Shown piece by piece: positions 1-7,556 of a stretch of DNA of 12,452 bases. Source of the DNA: a virus (Duplodnaviria > Heunggongvirae > Uroviricota > Caudoviricetes); the IMG/VR virus record IMGVR_UViG_2713896784_000025; one strand, written 5' to 3'. The notes below the pieces were generated by a model. That model was given only the letters and a program-made list of their open reading frames with translations. It was not told where the DNA came from and made no database searches. Made by a program: the position numbers and the translations under genes. Every line of letters begins with the position of its first letter. Position 1 is the first letter of the stretch.

Positions 1-288
1 GCCACTGGCAGGATTTCACGTGACGTAATAACCAGTCAGACAGTGCACCAGCGCCACCCGCAGCACGGATCACCCGCTCATCGCTGAAAAATGGCAGTAG
101 TGATTTATCTTCCGCCAGCGGCTGGTGAACGGCAGGTACAACCCCGGACGGCAGAGCTCGCATGCTTTTTGGTTCCGGCTCCACCAGTATTCTGCCGTTA
201 TGGAATGCTGACATTGATTCACGGCCTGGCTTAACGATAACCAGACCGAGTTCCGGTACCAGAACAGGTCGAAGTAATACCCGCACAT
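1..288 (-). CDS. Hypothetical protein, reading frame unresolved (3' end may lie outside window)
   Basis: Two overlapping minus-strand frames are open. The track ORF 70..288 (ATG at 288, sharing TAATG with the upstream stop) is W/C/Y-rich. A second frame open from 361 to beyond position 1 translates more protein-like (...LVIVKPGRESMSAFHNGRILVEPEPKSMRALPSGVVPAV...) and has a GTG at 286 preceded by GGAGG. No family recognised. Confidence 0.3.
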
Positions 289-647
289 TACCTCCAGATC
301 CGTTGCTGGAATGTGCGGGACGGACGCGGTGGCCGTTCGGAGTAAGGGAGCCTGACGGAGATTATCCAGTGACGGTAGTCGAGGCTAAGGGCTTTTTTAA
401 CCTCGCATCCGCGCCTGCGGTAACACTGAATGAGCCATTCGGCCTGTTCTTCAGTGCATGGGGGATGCTGGTACCAGTCAGATTTGAATGCGTGAAAACA
501 CCGTCCGCGCCTGCTGGCAAAGACGGCAGAATCATCAGAATTGTATAATTTGGTATCGTGCGCCATCGGTTGTCTCTGCTGGCGCAGCAGGTGCCAGTTG
601 TTCAGGCTGGCGTGCGAATTGTAAACCAGAATGCCAGGAAAAAACAA
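288..647 (-). CDS. Hypothetical protein; true start more likely the ATG at 566 than the TTG at 647
   Basis: Track ORF 288..647. The 647 start is TTG and lies inside a terminator hairpin; first ATG is at 566 (MAHDTKLYNSDD...). C-terminal half is R/P-rich and not convincing; a plus-strand ORF (162..548) overlaps with equally plausible composition. Confidence 0.3.
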   Translation of the reverse strand: MFFPGILVYNSHASLNNWHLLRQQRQPMAHDTKLYNSDDSAVFASRRGRCFHAFKSDWYQHPPCTEEQAEWLIQCYRRRGCEVKKALSLDYRHWIISVRLPYSERPPRPSRTFQQRIWR

Positions 648-665
648 AACCCGCCGAAGCGGGTT
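639..665 (-). terminator. Rho-independent terminator candidate (minus strand)
   Basis: Minus strand reads AACCCGC-ttcg-GCGGGTT followed by TTTTGTTTTTT: a GC stem with a tetraloop and a U-rich tail. Confidence 0.55.
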
Positions 666-834
666 AAGTGCGGGTGCGTTGAGGATGCCTGATTCATCAG
701 AGGTGGCGAGGGATTTCTCCCNNNNNNNNNNNNNNNNNNNNNNNNNNNNNNNNNNNNNNNNNNNNNNNNNNGGCTTTTCTCTATCTGCCGTTGGTGTTCA
801 TGCCCGAGGCAGATAGCCTCAAGCACCCGCAGCT

Positions 835-864
835 ATTCTACTTAACTTCCCATTACCTCGCCAA
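835..864 (-). promoter_or_regulatory. Sigma70-like promoter candidate driving a short leftward transcript
   Basis: Minus strand TTGGCG (864-859), 18-nt spacer, TAGAAT (840-835). A 9-bp perfect hairpin (781-789/808-816) and the terminator at 639-665 lie downstream, giving a predicted RNA of about 190 nt that spans the N block. Confidence 0.35.
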
Positions 865-1263
865 TATGAAATCGGTCAGAAAGACAGACGTCCCATAAGG
901 ACAACAACGGAAAAAGAGATTTTGCTTGATGCTATTTACCTCTGCACCATGAAGTTGCGCCAAAATCCCAGTGGTGATAACAGGAATTTGGTTGTTGGTG
1001 ATTGGGGAAAGAAGTACGTTAGACTGTGGGTTAGTTCATTGACATGATAGTTACCTGCCTTCAATTTCCTAAGCAAGCGATGTAAACGATAATCAATATC
1101 AAATGTATTGACAGGTAAAATAATAACGATGTACCTTTGCTGATAACATATATCAGTCTTAAATCATAATGGAGGTAGATAAAATAACTAAACACACACA
1201 ACAAATTTTTTATCAGTGACATAGCATATCTTAAGCATCCTTTAATGCTCATGGGGAGAACGC

Positions 1264-2037
1264 ATGACTAAACATATGGACATTCATTGTCAAACACGCA
1301 TATTTAACTCAATTAACCATGACACCAAATATAAAATATGTATTTTTACTCCAAAAAACATTAAAAAAAATAATGCAACTCTTTATATACTTGATGGGAA
1401 TAGTGCCAACAATTACATTTCTGATATTCTGCCTGTTATTGATGCACTACCCAATCCACCAGTGTTAGTTACACTTGGTTATGAATCTTGGAATAACCTT
1501 AGCATTCATCGCCGTGCTTACGATTATACTCCTGATGGTGAAAATGCTATTGTTGATAACTCTAAACCAGCATGGATCTACTTTACTGGTGGAGGAAGCC
1601 AGTCTTTCCGAGAATTATTACTAACTCAGATCATGCCATGGGTTAGTACTATTGCTCCGAACAGTTCCAGAATCGGTATATGGGGACACTCGCTAGGTGC
1701 TATTTTTGTGCTTGATTGCTTAAAAAATAATTCATGCTTTAACTATTATTATATATCTGCACCATCACTTCTATGGCAGAATGAAAGAATCATCAAGATA
1801 ATTAAAGATGATATATCAGAATCAAAGCACACTAAAAGTATATGCTTGCTTAACGGAAATCTTAGCCTTGATTACTCCGCATCTTTATATCCTGAAGCCA
1901 TCAAAGCGGAATCTGTTTTGAGAAATATTTTGACAGAAAAATACAGTAATTTTTCTATTGTACAATTTCCAGAGCTCAATCATCAGGAGACTTTCTCTGC
2001 TGCACTCTGGAATAGCATTATTCATTTCAGCATATAA
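1264..2037 (+). CDS. Esterase-family alpha/beta hydrolase (siderophore-esterase-like 'putative esterase' fold), 257 aa, on an AT-rich island
   Basis: ATG at 1264 preceded by GGGGAGA; stop at 2037. Motif string YILDGNSA ... GGGSQSFRELL ... IGIWGHSLGAIFVL ... YISAPSLLW matches the esterase-family pattern with a G-H-S-x-G nucleophile elbow. No N-terminal signal peptide. Gene and flanks are far more AT-rich than the rest of the window. Confidence 0.8.
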   Translation: MTKHMDIHCQTRIFNSINHDTKYKICIFTPKNIKKNNATLYILDGNSANNYISDILPVIDALPNPPVLVTLGYESWNNLSIHRRAYDYTPDGENAIVDNSKPAWIYFTGGGSQSFRELLLTQIMPWVSTIAPNSSRIGIWGHSLGAIFVLDCLKNNSCFNYYYISAPSLLWQNERIIKIIKDDISESKHTKSICLLNGNLSLDYSASLYPEAIKAESVLRNILTEKYSNFSIVQFPELNHQETFSAALWNSIIHFSI

Positions 2038-2388
2038 CAGAAAATATGTAATCACTTTATCAATCTAGCTAACATAACTGATATCAATCCTAATGGGTCT
2101 TTGAACATATTAAAAGATAACTTCTCATTTGTACATTGTTGTGTTCTTAGACCCATTTCAAAAATACTATTTTTTAGATACTAATAATTACATCCATTTA
2201 GCTATCTTCTAAATACTCCTCTCAGTTTCTTCATTGGAGCTGATTCAACTCCGGCAATGCATACTAGGATCATTTTATAAGCATACAAACAACATCCAGA
2301 CTGTGAATTATTGCTATTCATTTTCTATGTATCTGCTCTTTTCCCATCCACTGAAACACCAGAATCCAAAGGTTTCATGTTATTTTCA

Positions 2389-2802
2389 CTATTCCATCAT
2401 TACTCCTGTGTAAAATATCAAAACTCGCTGCATCACTTCACTGTTACGGCACTCACTACAAATTATGTTCAATTGCCTGTCATAGCGGCGTATTTCTCCG
2501 TCTGGTAATGACCAGATAAGGTCAGGATCAACCACAACCGGTTTCTTCAGTTTTGCCCTCGATAGTTTTTTGCGGGCGTTTTGCCAGTCCTTACGAGCCT
2601 GTTCAGATGGGAATAACCCGTAACCAGAGTTGTATACATCGCCACTGGCAACCAGCTCTCTGGCAAGAACGCTCATCAGATATCTTGTCGCACCTGTCTT
2701 GGCTTCCAGTTGCCGTAACGTCTCGCGCCCACTCCGGCGTACTAGCTCAACAACCTGCCCTTTAATTTTTTCCCGCTCTTCCTGTGTAAATACTTTTGCC
2801 AT
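2389..2802 (-). CDS. Hypothetical prophage early-region protein (about 137 aa)
   Basis: ATG at 2802 (MAKVFTQEEREK...) preceded by GGAGG at a 5-nt spacing; the track's start at 2817 is a TTG. The last ~25 codons run into AT-rich island sequence. Confidence 0.6.
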   Translation of the reverse strand: MAKVFTQEEREKIKGQVVELVRRSGRETLRQLEAKTGATRYLMSVLARELVASGDVYNSGYGLFPSEQARKDWQNARKKLSRAKLKKPVVVDPDLIWSLPDGEIRRYDRQLNIICSECRNSEVMQRVLIFYTGVMME

Positions 2803-2817
2803 AAGCGCCTCCGGCAA

Positions 2818-3121
2818 TCACTTTTCCGATACAACACGGCGGGAAGAATCAGTAATCTGTCGAACAATATCCCGGTGCTTGTTCAGCTCCCGCAGCGCGG
2901 CGCAGACTCGCTCCCACTTCTGAACATCACTTTTCGCCCTGCGCAGCGCCAGGTTTGCCCTGCGCAGGGACGGAAAAATCAGCTCATCTGCTTGCGTTTC
3001 GGTAAACGATGGCAACGGCTGCACAATGTCCGCCACAGTTTCTGTTTTAATTTCTTCCTGTGTTGCGGCTTCCCGGACTGGTAACGCAGCACCTGCTGGC
3101 TGAGGAAAGGCCTTACCATCA
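2818..3121 (-). CDS. Hypothetical protein fragment, open up to the N block; may be the C-terminal part of the gene starting at 3539
   Basis: Frame open from the N block to a stop at 2818 (...DGKAFPQPAGAALPVREAATQEEIKTETVADIVQPLPSFTETQADELIFPSLRRANLALRRAKSDVQKWERVCAALRELNKHRDIVRQ...). Only a GTG at 3036 is visible as an internal start. Confidence 0.4.
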
Positions 3122-3171
3122 NNNNNNNNNNNNNNNNNNNNNNNNNNNNNNNNNNNNNNNNNNNNNNNNNN

Positions 3172-3539
3172 GTTGCGGTTACCACCGCCAGCGTGGAAGC
3201 AACCTTGCGAGTACTGACACCGAACTTACCCGCCAGTTCCTCACACGTTTTAGCCCCATCCTGACCGATAAACTCAATCATCATGTCTGCGGTAACTTTT
3301 TGTTCGACCTCCCCGGTCAGCATATCCTGTGCTTCAGATTTTACTGGCCGCTCTTCGGTTACCCGGGATTCACCTTCGCCAGCCAGAAACCAGGTGTGAC
3401 CAGTTTTATCAACGACGCCATTTATTTTGAGTTCCCACAGCTCGTTGACAGCCTCTTCACGACTGATTCCAAGGCGAGCTGCCACCACATGTGAAGAGGC
3501 TTTTTTCAGTGCTTTCAGTGCGTCAGATACGGTTTCCAT
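3172..3539 (-). CDS. Hypothetical protein with two winged-helix-like segments; N-terminal part, interrupted by N block
   Basis: ATG at 3539 preceded by GGAGG at an 8-nt spacing, immediately downstream of the DnaC-like gene. Two helix-turn-helix-like stretches (VVAARLGISREEAVNELWELKINGVVDKTGHTWFL and MIEFIGQDGAKTCEELAGKFGVSTRKVASTL). The frame is lost across 3122-3171. Confidence 0.55.
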
Positions 3540-3560
3540 TAAAATTTCCTCCGGACAAAA

Positions 3561-4307
3561 TTACTTCACAACCCTCATATTGCTGACATTTGGACGCCAG
3601 CTATCCCAGTTAAACGTCACCCATCGACCACCGTTCATGGTCATGCGGTCCATAATCCTCTCACCAAGAAGTGTACTCATTGCGGCATGATTCAGGTTTG
3701 TTAACATCCCGACACTGCACAGTGATGCTGTCCGGCGATCAATTATCTGGTGTAATACCACCTGCTCGTTTTTCGTCTCCCGCTGAACGCCTATTTCATC
3801 CAGGACCAGCAAATCAACACTGCAAAGCTCCTGTAAAAATTTTTCCCCGGATTTGCCGTTGTCGTAGCTGTCATGCAACACGCTCATGACATCAGACACG
3901 GTGACGATAATCACGCTGCGCCCCTTCGCCATCAGCCGGTTACCCATCGCCGCTGCAAGGTGATTTTTCCCGGTGCCGGTTTTACCGCTGAACACAAAAT
4001 TCGTGCACCCGGTCATCAGTTCGTCAGCTATGGATTTGGCCTGGCTCAGCGCGTATTTTTGCCCGTCGTTCTGCACCTGATAATTCGCAAACGAGCATTT
4101 GCTGTGCAGAGGCTGGATGCCCGAACGATTCAGGATTTTTTCCACCCGCAACTGGTGATTCTGGCGGTTAATCTCCTCGCTGCGTTTTCGTCCTTCAGCA
4201 AGTTGCCATTCCCGCCACTCCTCCACCGTCCGGTACGGTGGAACCGACGCCTGTGGTGCAAGTCTGCGAATACGTTCAAGAACCCCGGCTGCCGCAATGT
4301 TTTTCAT
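3561..4307 (-). CDS. DnaC-like replicative helicase loader (IstB-type AAA+ ATPase; YdaV-position), 248 aa
   Basis: ATG at 4307 with GGGGTGA upstream. Walker A FSGKTGTGKNHLAAAMG and Walker B-like DLLVLDEIG; overall resemblance to DnaC as I recall it. Lies 6 nt downstream of the initiator gene stop. Confidence 0.9.
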   Translation of the reverse strand: MKNIAAAGVLERIRRLAPQASVPPYRTVEEWREWQLAEGRKRSEEINRQNHQLRVEKILNRSGIQPLHSKCSFANYQVQNDGQKYALSQAKSIADELMTGCTNFVFSGKTGTGKNHLAAAMGNRLMAKGRSVIIVTVSDVMSVLHDSYDNGKSGEKFLQELCSVDLLVLDEIGVQRETKNEQVVLHQIIDRRTASLCSVGMLTNLNHAAMSTLLGERIMDRMTMNGGRWVTFNWDSWRPNVSNMRVVK

Positions 4308-4313
4308 GCCACA

Positions 4314-5516
4314 TCACCCCCTGAATCCCGGCGGAATTTCGGTATCCGGTTCAGAAATATGATTCACACAACGCTGGTTGTTCGTGCCGCTTACCGGGAG
4401 CAACCAGGGGTTTTCAAAATTCCGGTCCGGCCCAAAAAACGTCGTCGCTCGCTGAACAAATTCCGTTCCCGCTTTCCCGGTCGCCGCCAGGTATCTCGCG
4501 TAACGCCTCACACCATCCAGCATGGTCTCTGGTGGCACCCCCTCGCGCAATCTGGCCTTCCAGGCACTGAAAGCGGATTTCTTCGGGTTTGCCCCAGCAC
4601 GCAACGGGTATTCCCGCCAGACCTGTTCGAACACATCCGGATAATCCACTCGTCCCACAGACTGCCCGGTGCTTTCCGGGACTACCCGATCGGCTTCCCG
4701 CTGAATGGCGGAATCGGCTTCAGGCTGCTGCAGTTGGTGTGATTGCTCCGACCCTGCGGTCATCACCTGCTGCACAGCGCCCGAATCGGCTTCCGGTGTC
4801 GTGCCTGCTGGCTGACCAGGATTGACGGTCTGAACATCCCCTGCCTGGTTCGTGGTGTTTTTTTTGCCATGAACCATAGTGTTTTTGTCCTGTTCCTGTT
4901 CTTTCTCCTGCTCCTGTTCCTGTTCTTGGCTTCGAAGCCCCTTAAAAGCCCCTTCGAAGCCCCTTACCGAATTTCGGCTATTATTCCGCCTCACATCCAG
5001 ATGGAAATCCGTTTTATATCTGTCGTAAAACACTGACAGAAAAGCGTTTTCAGGTAATGATGCATACTCATTCCTGACACCTGCACAACGGTTATCGCCA
5101 GGCTTCAACGTTTCCCCAACCTGCCAGGCTGCCATTTCATGGACCCAGACCATCTCTGCATCATGGTCATAGCTACAAAAACCAGCTTCAACAGCCCTTT
5201 TAAGCCCCTTTGAAGCCCCTTCCAGACCAAGCCCGGTTTCATGAGCAAGGTATAAAACTGGCAGGTAATACAAACCCAGCATATTTGCGTGAGGGGATGT
5301 CATCAGGTAAAAAGCAACAACTTGCGCTTCTGCACCCGCCTTTCTAAGTTCTCTCCCCGTTTCTCCCAGCCAGAATCGCGGAGAAACTTTTGCGTAATCA
5401 CGCATGGCTACCTCATCTGGTGCCGAACCTTCCTCCGGATATAATCTGTGGTTCCCAATCGACAGAACCAGAGGAGGTTCGACATGTATTTTTTGAAAAG
5501 CCTTTATCAGGCTCAT
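4314..5516 (-). CDS. Replication initiator / replisome organiser (lambda O / YdaU position), 400 aa; alternative start at 5408
   Basis: Directly upstream of and nearly abutting the DnaC-like gene. Contains a QEQEQEQEKEQEQ low-complexity linker and a duplicated EGA[F/S]KGL peptide encoded by iteron-like DNA repeats. ATG at 5516 has no clear ribosome-binding site; the ATG at 5408 (MRDYAKV...) follows GAGG. Confidence 0.75.
   Translation of the reverse strand: MSLIKAFQKIHVEPPLVLSIGNHRLYPEEGSAPDEVAMRDYAKVSPRFWLGETGRELRKAGAEAQVVAFYLMTSPHANMLGLYYLPVLYLAHETGLGLEGASKGLKRAVEAGFCSYDHDAEMVWVHEMAAWQVGETLKPGDNRCAGVRNEYASLPENAFLSVFYDRYKTDFHLDVRRNNSRNSVRGFEGAFKGLRSQEQEQEQEKEQEQDKNTMVHGKKNTTNQAGDVQTVNPGQPAGTTPEADSGAVQQVMTAGSEQSHQLQQPEADSAIQREADRVVPESTGQSVGRVDYPDVFEQVWREYPLRAGANPKKSAFSAWKARLREGVPPETMLDGVRRYARYLAATGKAGTEFVQRATTFFGPDRNFENPWLLPVSGTNNQRCVNHISEPDTEIPPGFRG
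4898..4975. repeat. Hexamer tandem repeats (CTGTTC/CTCCTG-type) followed by three direct repeats of GAAGCCCCTT; iteron-like cluster 1
   Basis: 4898-4937 carries about 6-7 hexamer units; (G)AAGCCCCTT copies at 4944-4953, 4956-4964 and 4966-4975. Confidence 0.5.
5193..5222. repeat. Iteron-like cluster 2: two further (G)AAGCCCCTT copies plus a degenerate one
   Basis: AAGCCCCTT at 5203-5211 and GAAGCCCCTT at 5213-5222, about 250 bp from cluster 1 and inside the same gene. Confidence 0.45.
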
Positions 5517-5622
5517 GTATTAAATGTTGCAGCAACAAACCGCTGGTGTAACAGCCCCGAAATGCTCCCGGATTACAGAGCCTGGCTGCGCGCCGAAACA
5601 TACCTTCGTCTCGACATATTGA

Positions 5623-6132
5623 TTAGCGAACTTCAAAAAGAGACTGCATCCATTCATAACCTTCAGGGTATCGACGCTGTTCGCATTCTGGTATCGCGCC
5701 ATAGTGCTCTCTCAATAATTGAAGTGCGTCATCTCTCTTTTTCTGAACTGATTTTCTTGCTTCAACCAGCTCTGGAATCAGCGAATATCCCGCCGGAAGT
5801 GATCCAATACCCACCTCATGTTGACGAGCAGTTACAAGATGTGCCATACAACCAGCGTGCTGGATTGACTCCCTGCTCAGAGGCTGAATGGGATCACTCT
5901 CTGCTGAAGAAATACCAAGATTTGTATAATCCTCAATAAGCCCGGCACACGCTTCTGCATCAGCCAGCTTTATTCTGGTTTCCTTGCGCTGTTCTCTGGC
6001 TGACAAACGCCAGAGCAGCGCATTAGCTTTATGTATCAACCACTCTGCCAGCTCCACATCAGATAAACCGCCACGCCAGATGTGCGGACTGTTTTCGTAA
6101 ACGCTCAGTGTCAATTTTTTGTCATTACTCAT
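5623..6132 (-). CDS. Hypothetical early-right operon protein (about 169 aa)
   Basis: ATG at 6132 (MSNDKKLTLSVYENSPHIWRGG...), 13 nt downstream of the YdaT-like stop. The track's longer version begins at a GTG at 6183. No family recognised. Confidence 0.6.
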   Translation of the reverse strand: MSNDKKLTLSVYENSPHIWRGGLSDVELAEWLIHKANALLWRLSAREQRKETRIKLADAEACAGLIEDYTNLGISSAESDPIQPLSRESIQHAGCMAHLVTARQHEVGIGSLPAGYSLIPELVEARKSVQKKRDDALQLLREHYGAIPECEQRRYPEGYEWMQSLFEVR

Positions 6133-6145
6133 ATTTATTACCCAA

Positions 6146-6571
6146 TTAATGCACAGCCAGAGTGTTTCCTGCCGGGCCACCACGATTCATCTGATCGAAC
6201 AGAACGATCGCTGATGCAACGAAATCATCAATATCTTTCACCAGCCGTTCCTTCGTCTCTACCAACTCCCGAAAATAAGCGGAACTGTGGCTGCGCATTC
6301 GGGCCACCAGCGGAGGCGGCATCGCTTTTTCGATCGCTGGTAACAACGCCTGAATTTTTTTAACCGCATCAGGAGTGTCTTTCTCCACCCAGCGGAAAAT
6401 TTTCTGAGTATTGCGAGCCATGGCTTCCGGATGGCTGTCGTCATACAGTTCCGGGAACGTCATTCCCAGCTCGAAATACGCTTTGGTAATTTTCGCAGCC
6501 GGTACTTTTTCGCCGTCCGGATGCGCCCAGGCATTCATCGCCATGCGGATGTGTTCATGCTTGATTTTCAT
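6146..6571 (-). CDS. YdaT-like protein (Rac prophage ydaT position), 141 aa
   Basis: ATG at 6571 with GGAG 8 nt upstream; its first 17 nt overlap the end of the Cro-like gene. Begins MKIKHEHI..., which matches my recollection of E. coli YdaT in start, length and position, but this is unverified. Confidence 0.65.
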   Translation of the reverse strand: MKIKHEHIRMAMNAWAHPDGEKVPAAKITKAYFELGMTFPELYDDSHPEAMARNTQKIFRWVEKDTPDAVKKIQALLPAIEKAMPPPLVARMRSHSSAYFRELVETKERLVKDIDDFVASAIVLFDQMNRGGPAGNTLAVH

Positions 6572-6827
6572 GAATCAACTCCGGCGCATTTGATGTGTTA
6601 ACCTTACATCCAACAGGTAAACCGTCGGTTGGGTTAGGATAAATATCTGGGCGGATTTCATGCGGGGTAACTTCCCACTTCATTAGTTGGCATAACGGAA
6701 TTACCTGCTTTGGGGGAACGCCAAAGCTAAACCATTGCCAAACAGTCTGTTGAGCGACCCCCATATAACGACCTATTTCAGCCTGAGTGTATTTCTGCCT
6801 AATTTTTTCGCGAGTGCTATCTAGCAT
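6555..6827 (-). CDS. Cro-like / YdaS-type HTH regulator, 90 aa
   Basis: ATG at 6827 with strong AGAGGAGGG upstream. HTH segment QAEIGRYMGVAQQTVWQW; transcribed divergently from the repressor gene. Confidence 0.8.
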   Translation of the reverse strand: MLDSTREKIRQKYTQAEIGRYMGVAQQTVWQWFSFGVPPKQVIPLCQLMKWEVTPHEIRPDIYPNPTDGLPVGCKVNTSNAPELIHENQA

Positions 6828-6860
6828 TTTGCCCTCCTCTAAAAACTATAAGCAAAGCCT

Positions 6861-6899
6861 ACAATAAAAAACTGTATGCAATCAACAGTTTTTTATTGT
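6861..6899. promoter_or_regulatory. Operator: perfect inverted repeat ACAATAAAAAACTGT-(9 nt)-ACAGTTTTTTATTGT in the divergent intergenic region (OR-like)
   Basis: Arms at 6861-6875 and 6885-6899 are exact reverse complements; they sit between the Cro-like start (6827) and the repressor start (6936). Confidence 0.6.
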
Positions 6900-6935
6900 G
6901 ATGCTTTTAACAGTATTTACCTGTAAAATTGAATA

Positions 6936-7337
6936 ATGATGAGCGCCCTAGAAGTATCTATGTACAGAATCAGCAAGCTTCTTCAGGAAACTGGATGGAG
7001 CCAGGCTGAGCTTGCCCGTAGAATTGGTGTGACACAACAAACTGTTCAACAATGGGTCAGCGGTAAGGCTACACCTAAAGCCTCAAGTTTGGATAAACTG
7101 GTTGAGGTTTCAGGGCATCCATTGCATTGGTTTTTATTGCCTCCTGAAGAGTGTGAGCAAATTTTCACCCCTGACACGATGAAAATTGGTCCTCGCCAAC
7201 GCGAACTGCTCCAAGCTTTTAGTGCGTTTCCTGAGGAAGACCAAGAAAAAATGCTTCAAGAAATCAAAGACAAGAAAAAATCAATGGAAGAAACCATTGC
7301 TAGGTGGCTGGCGGCACAAAAAAGCCGCCGGGCGTGA
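6936..7337 (+). CDS. Prophage repressor, short XRE-family HTH protein (DicA/RacR-like; possibly PaaR2-like), 133 aa
   Basis: HTH WSQAELARRIGVTQQTVQQWVSG; C-terminal tail (PRQRELLQAFSAFPEEDQEKMLQEIKDKK...) is laid out like DicA as I recall it; no S24 peptidase domain. No clear ribosome-binding site at 6936, so possibly leaderless; 6960 is an alternative ATG. Confidence 0.85.
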   Translation: MMSALEVSMYRISKLLQETGWSQAELARRIGVTQQTVQQWVSGKATPKASSLDKLVEVSGHPLHWFLLPPEECEQIFTPDTMKIGPRQRELLQAFSAFPEEDQEKMLQEIKDKKKSMEETIARWLAAQKSRRA

Positions 7338-7364
7338 CCACAGTACAAGAAGAGGAGTTATGCC

Positions 7365-7556
7365 ATGGGTACAGCCCTTTCTCCGATAGTTTCAGAATTC
7401 GAAACTACCGAACAAGAAAACAGTTACAACGAATGGTTGCGCACTAAAGTAACGTCAAGCCTTGCAGACACTCGCCCCGCAATTCCACATGACGAGGTAA
7501 TGGCTGAAATGGAAAATCTTATTGCTCAAATTGCTGTAACTAACAAGAGCGAGTAA
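7365..7556 (+). CDS. paaA2: Type II antitoxin partner of ParE (PaaA2-like), 63 aa
   Basis: GGAG ribosome-binding site; stop TAA overlaps the ATG of the downstream toxin (TAATG). Size and sequence (SEFETTEQENSYNEWLRTKVTSSLADTRPAIPHDEV) fit my recollection of PaaA2; symbol is tentative. Confidence 0.7.
   Translation: MGTALSPIVSEFETTEQENSYNEWLRTKVTSSLADTRPAIPHDEVMAEMENLIAQIAVTNKSE

Noticed and set aside
162-548. 128-aa plus-strand ORF at the left edge
   Set aside because: N-terminal two-thirds are S/T/R/P-rich and non-protein-like. Kept only as an unresolved alternative for the C-terminal part, which has GGAG and GTG at 357-371.
722-771. Three blocks of exactly 50 N (722-771, 3122-3171, 8076-8125)
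   Set aside because: Masked or gap sequence, not a biological feature. The X-runs in track ORFs 602..826, 631..816, 2979..3539, 3060..3494 and 8069..8284 are artefacts of translating N.
1061-1252. Short ORFs in AT-rich flanks (1061..1252 minus, 2311..2508 plus)
   Set aside because: Expected chance ORFs in AT-rich DNA; hydrophobic, I/L/Y-rich translations with no ribosome-binding site.
2553-3690. Plus-strand ORFs overlapping the minus-strand nin-region genes (2553..2765, 2630..2923, 2875..3084, 3060..3494, 3427..3690, 3671..3889)
   Set aside because: Antisense to better-supported minus-strand genes that have ribosome-binding sites and operon continuity.
3873-4742. 289-aa plus-strand ORF
   Set aside because: Lies antisense across the well-supported DnaC-like and initiator genes; R/P/H-rich composition typical of a shadow ORF.
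4898-4937. Hexamer repeats considered as a CRISPR array or mobile-element terminal repeat
   Set aside because: Units are only 6 bp with no spacers, and they are in frame within a gene encoding a QE-rich linker; no CRISPR-like periodicity occurs anywhere in the window.
5448-5939. 163-aa plus-strand ORF
   Set aside because: Antisense to the initiator start and the 169-aa gene; no ribosome-binding site and it breaks the minus-strand operon.
6082-6593. ORFs 6082..6363 (+), 6259..6444 (-) and 6411..6593 (+)
   Set aside because: Overlap the YdaT-like and 169-aa genes in other frames or on the other strand; composition not protein-like.
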